This document shows, piece after piece, positions 81,478 through 94,019 of a stretch of DNA of 248,000 bases. The stretch's first letter is position 1. Each line of letters begins with the position of its first letter. The stretch spans positions 1,632,001 through 1,880,000 of the forward strand of contig JAMWBK010000008.1 of assembly GCA_029953675.1 (NCBI GenBank), written 5' to 3'. The position numbers and the translations under genes are program-made. This DNA is from Rhodosorus marinus CCMP1338 (taxonomy: Eukaryota > Plantae > Rhodophyta). The notes beneath the pieces were generated by a model that saw only the letters and a program-made list of their open reading frames with translations, did not search any database and was not told the origin of the DNA.

Positions 81478-84400
81478 CTCCACTTCTGGACTAGACAGGC
81501 TGGCGAGCGTTGGTTGAAGCAGGCGGTTTAAGGTGGCATGGACTTGGAGTAGAACGAGCATATTCCGAATGGAGTTTTCTCGTGTCCTCTGGTAGCGTGA
81601 GTACTTTGGGGATCGAATATAGGGTTGGTCGCGTTTCAGTGTCTTCTTGAGTTAACCCAGCGGCGGAGTTCAACCGCCCTTTATTCTCGAGGCGAGTTCT
81701 TTGTGCCGTTCATATTCCTTAGCCCCCGGGGGAGTTACCCTCGGAGCAAGGCGACTAGACTGGTTCTTCGAGTCACATGGCCAGTAGGTTCAGTAGTTTG
81801 GTAACCATGAGTTACTTCAAGTTATGTGTATTCTTGTGCCCGTAATGGGTTGTTTTTGACATCAAACCCAGAGTGTGCATGATCCCTCCGAAATCCTGAA
81901 TATGCGAGGTGCAACAAGTATAACTCAGTCTTATATGAGCCTTGAGGCTTGCTTTATTAGGAACATAGTATGCTAGTCAATAGATACGCCAGAGTTCTCA
82001 GGAGGATCTTCGAACCAATTTTAACATATCTCTCATGCTCGTGGAGGGGTCAATACTACTCAAGAACCCGGTCGTGTCTTCCTTTCATGATGGAGAGCTC
82101 TTCCGAAAGCAGATGATCAGAGTGATCTCCATCTCCGTACTGGCCGCCGGGGGTGATCCGAAGAGATGAGCGCCTGCTGAATTGCCAATGTGTTCCGTGT
82201 AATATTCTTCTTCATCTGCGAGTTCTGAGTCCGACAACGAGTGGGGAACCTCCTCTCCATCGGAAACGTTTGGATCATCCACGGCGCACAGCTCTTCCTC
82301 GATTCGACTTGACCCTTCGCGCTGCGGCTCTGACTTTTCCCTCTCCCACGCTTGGACGTCGGGGTCGGAAAGTGATCCTTCGTCGCCAAGCAAGTTTTTC
82401 AAACAGCTGAAAAATCCGCCGATCCCGATTGCGATTCGTCGGTTAATATGTGCGATAAAACAGTTTGATTGCTTCAACCTTTTTCAGCTTTGCAAGGTCG
82501 AGCCTCTTTCTGATTTGCGTCTTCGTGTTTTTCGCAGATGAAAACGGCTACGTGAGGGCTGTATCCGAGAACAAATCGAGCAACTTGGCTCAACTCTTTG
82601 CATCTCTGCGTTCCGCCAATACTCGAAGGGGTTTATTTCGCTGTTTTGCGAAAGGCCCAAAGCCGAACAGCGAAAAACCTCGAACCGAAAAAGATGCATT
82701 GAAAAATATCGGATGCAATCGGTCGTTATCGGACCATTTATCGGACGAAGCGTATTTTCTCTTTTGCATTCAAGTCCGATAGACTCATATCGGACAGGTG
82801 GTCAACGGAATATATGGTCTATTATTACGAAATACAGATTCATTAAACTTTTCTCGGATCGTCCGATATTTATTGGACACAATCGGAAGGAGATGACAAC
82901 CCTTCTCAGCGAAGTCATTCACTCAAGCAATGCTTTGACAGCCTGTCGAGATCAGAACTAATCATGATTCAATATCTGGGTCGGAGATGATTGATTAATA
83001 GACTAACGTTGATTGAATATCGGACGATTTATCTGACCTGGTTATTGAAGGCAATCGCACCTATTTTTAGAAGAATTTCAATTCATTACCGGGTTAAGTT
83101 TATACTTTTTACAATAGTCTATTCACGACGAAATTTTATCCGTCTGTCCGATAAACGTTGTCGGACGGCCCATGACAACAACTAAAACTAAATGAGACAA
83201 GGAATGAACCATGGCTATGCCTATACCCGATATTAATTAGACTATGTTCAGGCTAAACTGAGGAGTTCGAGGTCGTAAACAATTGCCCTCACAAGCATCT
83301 ATCGGATATTCTTCTATATGAAATCGATTTTATCATTCGAATATATACAGTATAGCCTAGAAATATTTTTTTTCCTAGCATACACATATTTCAACAAATA
83401 ATATAGATTGTCCTTAATACTTTAAAAACGGTAATATTTTAAGGTTAATATCTTCATTAAATCGTTTTAACCGTGGAATGCGTATGCACACATCCAGGTT
83501 TTACGCATAGACGTTCTTTACTTTAGATAGTTTCTCCCTAAATATGGTGGATCTAGAAATAAGCGTAGCAATAATTGAAAATCATAATTAACAGTAGGCC
83601 GAGCTGCCCACTGCCAGACTACGCATCCTATTACATCCTAACAGCTAGGGAGTTTTCACAGTGCGAGGAGGGATTCCCTTTTTATACGCACATTCCGTCT
83701 TCGATTTAGATAGACTGGACATTTATTTAGAATATCTAGATTCGTACTCTAGATATAGGTGAAAGTTGTAGTTTTATTTGAACTAACTGGCAAACCCGCG
83801 GGCTTATCCCTACTCAGAATCCTAAGGTCGCCGAGGATTTTTTTTTAGGGTCCCGGCAAGTTAGGACCAAGTTAGACTCGTATATTCTTTGATTTAAAAA
83901 TACACTCATAAATATAAGCAAAATAGTAATAAAAATGTGCAGTAACTTCTAATTTTGCTCCCGGCAGAGCCCAGTTTTTCCTCCAAATAGAATTTGAGGG
84001 AATGAGGGCGAATGATTGATAAGAGCGGAAGGGTTTTCGGGGCTGATGGAAAAGCTAAGGCTTATGATCTTCGACGGTGTGGAGGATGGTGGGAGACACC
84101 TTTAATCTTTATGTGTTTGTCTTGTCTTTTGTCTCGGACCGAGTGAAAAGATCGATTGGTTTCTTACTCCCGGGGAATCAGGAGGACTTGGTCATAAGGG
84201 ACTGAGGTGAGAGTCCTGGACGAGGTCCGTTGGACGAGCGTGTCGGACAAGGCTGTTCTTCGGTGCGTGCCTCTTTGTTGTTTTTTTTTGGACCCTTCCT
84301 TCTAAGGGTTTGGAAGGGTAGCTTGGCGATAGAACAAGAATCTGGTTTGATCTGAATCGTCGGTCTTGAAGTGCGTCCTTTGAATGGGCATTGTTTTAGG

Positions 84401-84517
84401 TTCGTACTTGTAGATAGTCTTACTGTTGCGCGCGAGCGCGCGTGTGTGTGTCTGTGTTGGAGAGAGAGAGATAGGGAGAGATTCTTTTTGTTTGCTTCGC
84501 ATTGAGATCTGAAAGAG

Positions 84518-85830
84518 ATGATGAAATCGCAGAAGTTGGGTGGTTTTGGCCGCTTCAGAGCTCGAAGGGTTCAAGCCTGGACCGTGCTCGCCGCTTTTTT
84601 TGTCGGAGTACTTTTCGGTGGTCTGATAATAGAGCTGATATTCGTAGCGCAGCCCCCTGAAGGGAAGCCAACAACGGCCGTGGCTTCGTTTCGGGATGTG
84701 TTCGACAAAATATATATCATGAATATGGACCAGTAAGTTCACAGCGGCACTCCCAGCAGAGCATGTTCTTCTAGTGCGAATTCGAATTTCTGACCATAAA
84801 GCTCATCCTTTTTGTATTTGTGCGCGCCTCTCTCCGTGTCTCTGTCCGCAACCAGATGTGTGGAGAGGTGGGAGATGACAAAGCAGTACGCCAATGCGAT
84901 TGGAATCGACGTGCACAGATGGTCAGCATACCAAGCGAAGAAGGAGGAGATTATGAATCCCCCAGACGGAATCTCAACTCGAAACCTTCAACACGACTAT
85001 ATTGCGGCTGGTGCGCTTGGAAATTGCGTCTCACACCGCCGGATCTGGAAGGACGTCATAGACAAAGGATACCGACGCGTCCTAGTCTTGGAGGACGACG
85101 TTTTTCTCACGAATCAGACTTGGCTCATGCTTCCAGACCTTTTCAGACTTGTCGACGAAGCTCAGGAGGTAATAGACCCGACCCCCCCCCCCTACCCGTG
85201 TACTTTCCTGTTGTCTGGCGTGCCAAATACGTGAAGCTCGTGGTTAGTACAACCAAGGTCTGATTTCGTCATGATGCGTTTCTTCCTCGTCACTCCCAGA
85301 TCCACAAGAAAGCATGGCATTACATTTTCTTCAGGAGAAATGCAATCCGGAACGTGCGGGATGAGAAGGTATGGAGCATGAGCCCATCTGGACATCCGGT
85401 TACAATAGCAGGTCCGAGCTGGGGCACAGCAGCATACGCTGTGAGTCAAGCGGGAGCGCAATTTTTGCACAATGAGTATAGTGAGTTTAAATGGCCTGTT
85501 GACGTCCAGATGGCGGAGCTGGAAAAGCGCAATCGGGATTTCGTGTCGCTGAGCGCCTGTTACAATGACGAGTTTAAGAACATGTGTCCTGAGAACGTGA
85601 TTGAATATACGAAGGAAGAAAAAGGCAGATGCAACGGGAGTGGTACAGTTTGTTACCCGACGCTTTCAGAGCTTGAAATTGTTATCGAGGTTGTCCTTTG
85701 TCCGCTGAACGACGTGGAAACTATGTTTTTTTTGTGTTTTGTCCTCTGTTCCCGGACTTTGCGCTCACTGCAGGTACACAGCAGGGAGGCCGAATATCAA
85801 AGGAAGAACTGAACCGGAAATACAGGGAGA
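84518..85830 (+). CDS. Glycosyltransferase family 25, paralog of 53365-54780, spliced
   Basis: KIYIMNMD, GNCVSHRRIW, VLEDD, WPVDVQ. Confidence 0.75.
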
Positions 85831-87059
85831 TGGATGGAGTCGAAGGTGACCAAAGCGATGAATAAACGATATTTGTGTAACAAAAGAGCGAGTGGGGCCC
85901 CTGATGAATGCGAAAAGACTAGCGTACGACTTCTAACACGGGTCCGGATATGACGGCTCAGATGATGAAGAAGGGCGCGTCTTGTGCGAGGGCCTTGTTC
86001 GCTTATAAACTGTGGATGTGGTGTTGGGAATTCCTCCCGGAGAGGACTTCAGTCCTAGAAGCTGTAGGGTTTTTCTAGTTTTTTTTGGTTGAGGCAATTT
86101 CCAGAATTTCACTGGTTGTTTGGAGTACTTTGTCTCGCCGTCGCAAGCGCCGTTGGCATTAGCCCGACCCGAACTCCGAATTTTTCTTGTTTAGTGTCAG
86201 GACGCGTAGCCGTGGGGCTTTTAAAACCGGAACATGCAGTGCCGGCATTGGCCCCGGGCGAAACCATTCAGTAGAGTACGTCAACCTCAGAGTTTTAGCA
86301 ACCTAAAAGGCCCCCACCGACCACCATTAGCACCACGCCCCAAGAGTGCAAATTTAGGAACCGGAAACCAACAAAAATTACGCGCGACTCGCACTCCAAA
86401 CTCAATTCTGTGTTCCTTCCAACAGGCAAAATGCCTCTGCGTGCCGATCAGATCTTTGACTGATCACGGCAAACCACCAAGGTTTTTCTTTTGGTTTACT
86501 GAAACGACATTTTCAGCGAATGTTTCAGAATTTTGGTTAAAATTCGGTTCCATTATGGTAGTCGAAGGTTTGCCACTTGGCCTCCACTTCTGGACGCGGA
86601 TGTGGAATTAGCGTAGTGGTTGGCTGCTACGGGTAGGAGGGAACGATGGGAGAAGTTTATACAGCTTGCTATCTCCACCTACTTACATCCAGTGCAATGA
86701 CTTAGCAGTTGTTCCAATGGAGAATAGTTCTACTTTGGGATTGGGTTGGAGGATTAGGAGACACAGCTCCGAAAACGTCGCACAGGGCCTAAAAATCTCA
86801 TCAGTTTTGTCCTAGAAAGCCATGTCCTCTTTCCCCGGGGGTTCAATTGTCATTAGTAACCCCAGACTAACGGATCATCGTCAATGCCTCCGGAAGACAA
86901 AGCCCCAAACAGGGGAGGCGGGGGTTCCTCCAAATGAACACAGTCAGTTATTCGGTCCGAATCCTCAATTCCATCATAGAATGCCTAGCGGGTTACCAAA
87001 TGCAAAATTCCATGGAAAACATGGACAATTATATAAAGTTATTTCAGCTCATTGAGAAA

Positions 87060-87840
87060 ATTACGTTATCACTTTAAATTATATTAATTCATAGCTGCGT
87101 CTATTTATTCCCAAAATAATAGGAGATATGCTCCAAATATTACTTTCAGACATTTTGCTGTTGCAATAAATGGTAGCAGATTATTCGATTTATGAAAGAA
87201 AAAGTTTCTCTTCGCGAAGTCTGGTGGTGTGTGTCAAGTCAGCCTTTTTCCTGAGGGGGTGGGAAGAAGCTCAGGCACATTGAAATACCTGGAAAAGAGC
87301 TGGACAGATTATTAGATCTTTTCGTCTAAGTAAAAGAAAAAGTTTCTCTTGACGAAGTCTCGCCGTGTGTCTAGTCAGCCTCTTTCCTGAGGGGGTGGGA
87401 AGAAGCTCAGGCACATCGAAATACCTGGAAAAGAGCTGGACAGACTATTGGATCTTTTCGTCCAAGTAACCCCCTCACGAAGAGTTGCTTGATAAGTCCA
87501 AAGAATTTTTTCCCAGCGCCTCCTTGACTTACTCCGTTGTCAGCCGGGCCGATAGTTGTCGTCCTATCCGGCTACAACAGTGCGCCAACACGTTATCACT
87601 TCAATTTATATTAATTCATAGCTGTGTCCATTAATTCCCGAAATAGTAGGAGAAATACTCCAAATATTACTTTCAGACATTTTGCTGTTGCGATAAATGG
87701 TACGCATATTATTCGATTTGTGAAAGAAAAAGTTTCTGATGACGAAGTCTCGTGGTTGTCTGTCTAGTCAGCCTTTTCCTGGGGAGGTGGGAAGAAGCTC
87801 ACGCACATCGAAATACTTGGAAAAGAGCTGGACAGATCGT
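87060..87840. repeat. Local tandem duplication (~140-bp and ~530-bp periods)
   Basis: AAAGAAAAAGTTTCT...GAAAAGAGCTGGACAG at ~87195, 87333 and 87723. Confidence 0.75.
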
Positions 87841-88520
87841 TATCCCAGCAATGGGCTGTGAATACTAATCGCTATTGGATTTGTCGAAACAGCTCCTAGT
87901 TGATACACACTTATTCTAAATCATTTCAACGTGTTCACTGACTTCCTATTCAGTTCGTGTTTAGCTGCCTTTGACCTCAACTAAATAAAATTCGTTCAAC
88001 AAAGGACCTCTTAATCGAAAGAATGGCAATCGTTTCTGTTTGTTGACTGATCCGAGTTTCAATACCGTTGAAATTGGTTTGTCCTAGGTGCTGAAAAGCA
88101 AGAATTTTAACCAAAATCGGTTAAAGTTCTTGAGACGAGTGAGTTCTGAAGTGGACTGTATTGAAATTAACTCAAGATCTGCTGAAACAGAAGGCTTGTA
88201 CGCTGCAAGCTAGCTGTCCCTCACGCACACCCGTAAGTCCGGTTGTTTACTCCGCTAGCAAACCGATCTGTTTCAGAGGTTGGGTTTGGTTTCGTTTTGG
88301 TGGTGGTGGTGGTGAGGAAGTCGATAATATAAAGAAGCATTGATTGAATCAGCGCGGTTAACTGACATATCTTGTCTGTATGCTCTTCGTGGTTTGCTGT
88401 TGAAGGCTGTTTGTAGCGCCTACCGACGCGTTGGGAAGGGTCTTCTAGAGGAACCAAGGCAATCCATGGCTGCGGTGCTTCGAGTAGTGAAGAGTTGCCC
88501 ATCTAAGTGACTAGGTAACG

Positions 88521-89924
88521 ATGAAGAAGACTATGCTCAAGCTTAACGTTCTGCTCCTGGCAGGAACGCTTTCAATGATCTGCGCATTCACGGCCGAAAG
88601 CCTGCCTAGCCAGAGTCGGACTTCGGAACCAAGTGGGAAGAGCACTTGCCTGAGGGAAATTCTTCCGACTCAGTTCGTAAATTTCTTCCAGCGGGAGTGT
88701 TTCAGTCTGGTAAGCAGATCGGACAAGGTCAAGTATGCTCAGGTGTGCACAGGGACTCGTGTGAGACTCACACCGGATGCGGGGGAACCAAGTGTAAGGC
88801 TTAAGTTTAAGGCTAGAGGTGAAGGCGTTCGATTCAGGAAGGTTGCCGTCGGCGTCTACCAAAATTGCCACATAGTCCCAAACTCTTATGCTAAGTATTA
88901 CGTTAGAAAGCACATGAATAGCGAAGTGACAGTAATAGACATCCCCATAGACGATATCCCGGCGAGGAGCAACTGTTGTGACAGAAAGCTGTGCATGGTC
89001 GTTACGGCGGAAGTCTACGTAGAGCCGTCCGAACGAAAAGTCCAGCTTCGGGCGGGAGAAGAATGCTCATCCTACCCGTGGGGAGTTGGCAATGGTCGGG
89101 CATGTCGGTTCGGGATCAACTGTATCAACCGCATCGTCGGAACGCTAAACGATGATATTCTCTACGGGACCGACTATGTTGACTGGATATACGGCTACCT
89201 GGGAAATGACCTAATCAATGGGTATGGCGGCGACGATGTGATCCACGCGGATTATGGAGACGACGTCGTTCACGCCGGCAAAGGTAACGACAGAGTATAC
89301 CTTAGTGGTGGCACCGATTTTGCGCTCGGCGGCAAGGGAAACGATCTCATATTTGGCGGAGAGGGAGACGATTACATTCATGGACAGCGTGGGAACGACC
89401 GCGTCTACGCAGGTGAAGGGGACGACTTCATCCGCGGTGGTTTGGGAAAGAACGTTTTGGAGGGAGAGGAAGGTGGCGACGTTGTCGTCGGAGGCGTGTC
89501 TGCGGATGTTATCGTTGGCGGAGCAGGAGCAGATAGGCTCTACGGTGCCGCTGGGGGTGATATTATCTTGGGTGAGCTGGGCTCGGACTTGATTTACGGA
89601 GGCGCTGGAGCGGATGAAATACTCGGAGGGGAAGGTAATGACGAAATTTACGGCGGCCCGGGCAGCGATACCATTAGTGGTGGACCCGGGAACGATTCTC
89701 TTTTCGGTGGCGAAGGAGATGACGTCATCTTCGACAAAAAGGGTAACAGCTCCGTTTACGCATCGTACGGGGACGATACCATTACCACCGGGGATGGGAA
89801 CGACGACATCGACGCGGGACAAGGAGACGATGTGATTAATAGTGGACACGGGCTCGATAATGTCGATCCAGGACCAGGCAGAAATATTGTCAACGGAGAA
89901 GAAGTTGACATCCCTCCTTTCTGA
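88521..89924 (+). CDS. Secreted Cys-rich module + hemolysin/RTX-type Ca2+-binding nonapeptide repeats
   Basis: Signal peptide; about 20 GGxGxD-like repeats. Confidence 0.85.
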   Translation: MKKTMLKLNVLLLAGTLSMICAFTAESLPSQSRTSEPSGKSTCLREILPTQFVNFFQRECFSLVSRSDKVKYAQVCTGTRVRLTPDAGEPSVRLKFKARGEGVRFRKVAVGVYQNCHIVPNSYAKYYVRKHMNSEVTVIDIPIDDIPARSNCCDRKLCMVVTAEVYVEPSERKVQLRAGEECSSYPWGVGNGRACRFGINCINRIVGTLNDDILYGTDYVDWIYGYLGNDLINGYGGDDVIHADYGDDVVHAGKGNDRVYLSGGTDFALGGKGNDLIFGGEGDDYIHGQRGNDRVYAGEGDDFIRGGLGKNVLEGEEGGDVVVGGVSADVIVGGAGADRLYGAAGGDIILGELGSDLIYGGAGADEILGGEGNDEIYGGPGSDTISGGPGNDSLFGGEGDDVIFDKKGNSSVYASYGDDTITTGDGNDDIDAGQGDDVINSGHGLDNVDPGPGRNIVNGEEVDIPPF

Positions 89925-91000
89925 GGTGAGCAGCTCCAGTTGGAATAGGCTATTCTAGATGGTGGTTTTACTTAGGGTTGTCATCTCTGTCCGATAAAAA
90001 AACGTCCGATTGCGTCCGATAAATACCGGACGGTCTAATAAAAGTGTATCGGACCTGTATTACGTAACAATAGACATATATGCTGTTTACCCCCCATCCG
90101 ATACGAGTTTATCGGACCTGAATATAGAAGACAAAATGGGTTTCGTCCAAGAAATGGTCCGATAACGACCGGTTGCGTCCGATATTTTTCAATGCATCTT
90201 TTTCTGTGCATAGTGTCGTTCGCTGTGGGCTTTGGGACTTTTGCTTGGCTAACCACCCGCAAAAAAGCAACAGGCTATTGAGAACATATTGGGAAGTCCG
90301 AGTAGCCGTCGCGGAAGGAACAGGGCAAGGGGTAGAAAGAGGAGATAAGGCGGTGGCCAACTATCTTGGTATAGGGTGTGAGAATTCTGGGCGCATCTAT
90401 TGACTAGCAGGACTATGTTCTTAATAAAGCATGCCTCAAGCCTCATGTAAGAATGCTCACAGTGGAGGAACCCTAGATTTTGATCTCACAAACAACCGCT
90501 CCGTAACGCATAACATTCAATAGCTGCGATCTTATGTGTACTTGTTGCTTCTCGCATATACAGGACTTCGGAGGGGTCATCCAGACTCTGAGATTGATGT
90601 CACAAACATCGGCATTGCGGGGCACAAGAACTCTCCGACCTTATTCTTAGGTACACATGTCTTGAAGCAACTCATGGTTACCAAAATACTGAAGCTACTG
90701 GTCACGTGGCTCGAACAGCCAGTCCAGTCGGCTTGCTCCGAGAGCAAGTCCCCCGCGGGCTAGGGAATACGAACAGCACAAAGAGCTCGTCTCGAGAATA
90801 AGGACGGTTGAACTCCGCCACTGGGTCAACTCAAGAAGACACTGCAACGCGACCAACCATATACTCCATCCCCAAAGTACTCACGTACAAGAGGACACGA
90901 GAAAACTCCCTTCGGAATGCGCTTGTTCTACTCCAAGTCCTTGCCCCTTAACCGCAATCTTAAACCAATGCTTGCCAGCCTGTCGAGTCTAGAAGTAATC

Positions 91001-93700
91001 TGTGAGAACCTCCCCTGACAGCTGTGTAATCTGTCAATGTTTTAGAGTCGGGCACCTATTTTAGTGCAGGATGTCAATGTTTTAGTATCCACTGGTTTCT
91101 ACTTTACTGTCAGGTATGTTTTAGTTTACAGTAACCAAGACTATATAAGGCCTAGCTTTGCTAGAACTTGAGACCTAGAATTGAGTAAAGACAAGTTAGT
91201 TCAAAGAGTCCTAACAAAATGGTCTCATCGCCGGAGAAACGATCAAAAGGAAAGCAGAAGGCGACGGAGGAGGACCACGAGAAAGATGTCCGAATGGTAC
91301 TACGACAACTAGAGCAGAATCAACTAGTTGTCAAACATTCGAAGCGCCAGTGCGGAGTACGCCAAGTATGCTACGTAGGTCAAATCTTGGCGGGAGGCAC
91401 TCGTCTCCCTGATCCTAAGAAGGAGCAGGCAATCCAGAATTGGAAGGCTCCCACAAACGTAAAAATAGTACGTGCGTTCATGGGCTTCGCAAATTTTCTA
91501 CGGCGGTTTGTTCCTCGCTTTGCACAGGTGGCTGCACCACTGCACGCACTCACCAACAAGGATCAGCAGTGGAAGTGGCACCGGGAGGAGCAACACGCCT
91601 TCAACGAAGTAAAACGGGCCATATCGACCCGACGCTCCCTTTCATTGTTCAAGTGGATGCAAGTGACGCGGGTGTCGGCTGTGTTCTCTTTCAAACGCGG
91701 CAAGACCAGGAGGTGCCAGTGGCCTATATGTCGCGCTCTTTCAACGCAACGGAAATGCGCTACAGTACCTACGAGAAAGAACTGTATGCCATCGTACTGG
91801 CAGTACAACAATGGTCCGTATACCTCGACGGGCAGCAGTTCAAGGTGCGTACGGATCATAACCCCTTGCGCTTTCTGCAGACACAGAAGACGTTGACGCG
91901 ACGACAAGCGCGTTATGTCAACGTACTATTACCCTATTCCTTTACGATCGAGTATGTACGGGGCAGTCTCAATATCGCGGACGCCCTCAGCCGCGACGCA
92001 CTACGGGCTATCCGCGTCACATCAGATGCAGATTGGACTCAAGACTACGAAGCCGACGCAGAGTTCTCTACTCAATTCCGCGGCCCGGTGGGCAGCTTGA
92101 AGGTTTTTAAGGGAAGGGGGGGCTGCTGTTCTTACATGCAAGGCTTTATGTACCCGGCAACCGCGTCACCGAGGTCATTGGTACGCACCATAAATCAGTG
92201 ACGGCTGGTCATTTCGGGGCACGGGCAACGTATCGACTATTACGCCGACGATACTACTGGCCAAGCATGCGCCAGGATGTGCTCGCTCGGGTACGACAGA
92301 GCGAGGTATGTGCCCGAGAACAACCGTTGAGACGCCACCAGGGAGAGCTTCAACCGCTCCCAATCCCAGAGAACCGAGCCGTGGACTGGACCATGGATTT
92401 CATCACGGGTTCCCTCGGTGAACGGTTATGATGCAATAATGTTTGTAGTCGACCATCTCACGAAGTTTGCCGTTTTCGTCCCGACTTCGAAAACGGTGAC
92501 GGCAGAAGAGGGGGCAGATCTTGTTGGCCCACAAATCATCTCCTTGTTCGCGTTATCCCGGAGCTTCGTCACAGATCGTGATAAGGTCTTCACAGCGACT
92601 TTCTGGCGACACCTTCTGCGATTGATGGGGGTTCAGCAGCTGCTCTCTACCCCGTACCACCCCGAAACGGATGGAAAGACGGAACGGGTGAAATCAGACC
92701 CTACAAATTATGCTGAGATGCTGTTGTACCAGTCCAACATGGATGCAGTGTCTACCCCTACTTCAGCTGGCCTACAACAACCATGCGTCGGCCAGTACGG
92801 GATATACACCGTATTTTCTGTTAACCGGAGGGCATCCACGTTTGAACTTGGACGCTCTCAACTCAACCCCGGCGATTACCAGCCTTGCCGACGCGGCGAC
92901 TGCTTTCGTGAAACGACAACAACAAATTCTTGCAGACGCACGCAAGTCCATGGCCCTGGAGCAGGAGTTATAAACTGATCACGCGAATTCACGGCGTCAC
93001 ACCAGGGTGTTCAACATTGGTGACAAGGTTTATTTGTCCACGCGCAACCTCCCTCTGGAAGGCCGTACCCGGTTTCAATCTCGCTGGTTGGGCCCCTTTC
93101 CAGTCATCGAAAAACATTCGGACGTCGCGTACACGCTACAGTTACCTGATGAAATGCGGGTACACCCGACATTCCATGTTTCCTTACTGAAGAGCGCACC
93201 GCCTGGGACAACTGAAACCCGACATATTCCTGTGCGAACCAATCTACACCCGACGCAACCCGTGCTATCGGTATTGAGCGTGCGTACGGATGATGAAGGC
93301 ACACGCCAGTTTCTATGCTACCGCGAACATGAATCGTGGACTGATGCTATTTGGCTCCCTGAACGCGACTATCCTACGGACACTCTATCACGACAACGCC
93401 TACGACACTACCTGAACTACCGAAAAATGCTCGATGCTCTTCCTGCAACGATTTGAGTTTGTGCCCAAACTCGGCGGGAGGAAGGTGAGAACCTCCCCCT
93501 GACAGCTGTGTAATCTGCCAATGTTTTAGAGTCAGGCACCTATTTTAGTGTAGGACGTCAATGTTTTAGTATCCACTGGTTTCTACTTTACTGTTAGGTA
93601 TGTTTTAGTTTACAGTACCCAAGACTATATAAGGCCTAGCTTTGCTAGATCTTGAGACCTAGAATTGAGTAAAGGCAAGTTGGTTCAAAGAGTTCTAACA
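91001..93700 (+). mobile_element. Gag-less deleted chromovirus (RT end, RNase H, integrase, chromodomain) with two LTRs
   Basis: LTRs 91001-91216 and ~93484-93700; PBS-like TGGTCTCATCGC; PPT; TSD TAATC/TAATG; VRTDHNPL, ADALSR, GHFG motifs. Confidence 0.88.
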
Positions 93701-94019
93701 TAATGATGATTCATTACATCACAGTGTCAGCGAATCAGACGAAGAAGTAATGATGAATCATGATATGCGAACTGTATCAAGAAGTAATCATGATTCAATA
93801 TCTGAACTGAAGATGATTGATTGCTAGATTAACGTTGATTGAATACAGGACGATTTATCGGTCATGTTTATGAGAAGGGCAGCGGACCCGTTTTTTCGAA
93901 GAATTGCAATCAGACGCCCCTTCGTTTTATACTGTTTTGCAATTGTCTATCTATCCACTTCGAAAGATATCGGTACCGTCCAATAAACGTTGTCGGACGG
94001 CGCATGACAACACTACTAT

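Larger units (their letters stand above)
78650..94010. mobile_element. Scattered termini of a non-autonomous TIR element (TAGGGTTGTCAT; CCGATA/ATCGGA subterminal repeats), hAT-like by inference
   Basis: TIR at 79363-79374 and 89973-89984; reverse at 82893-82903; ATGACAACA variants at ~78762, 83172 and 94003. Confidence 0.5.
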
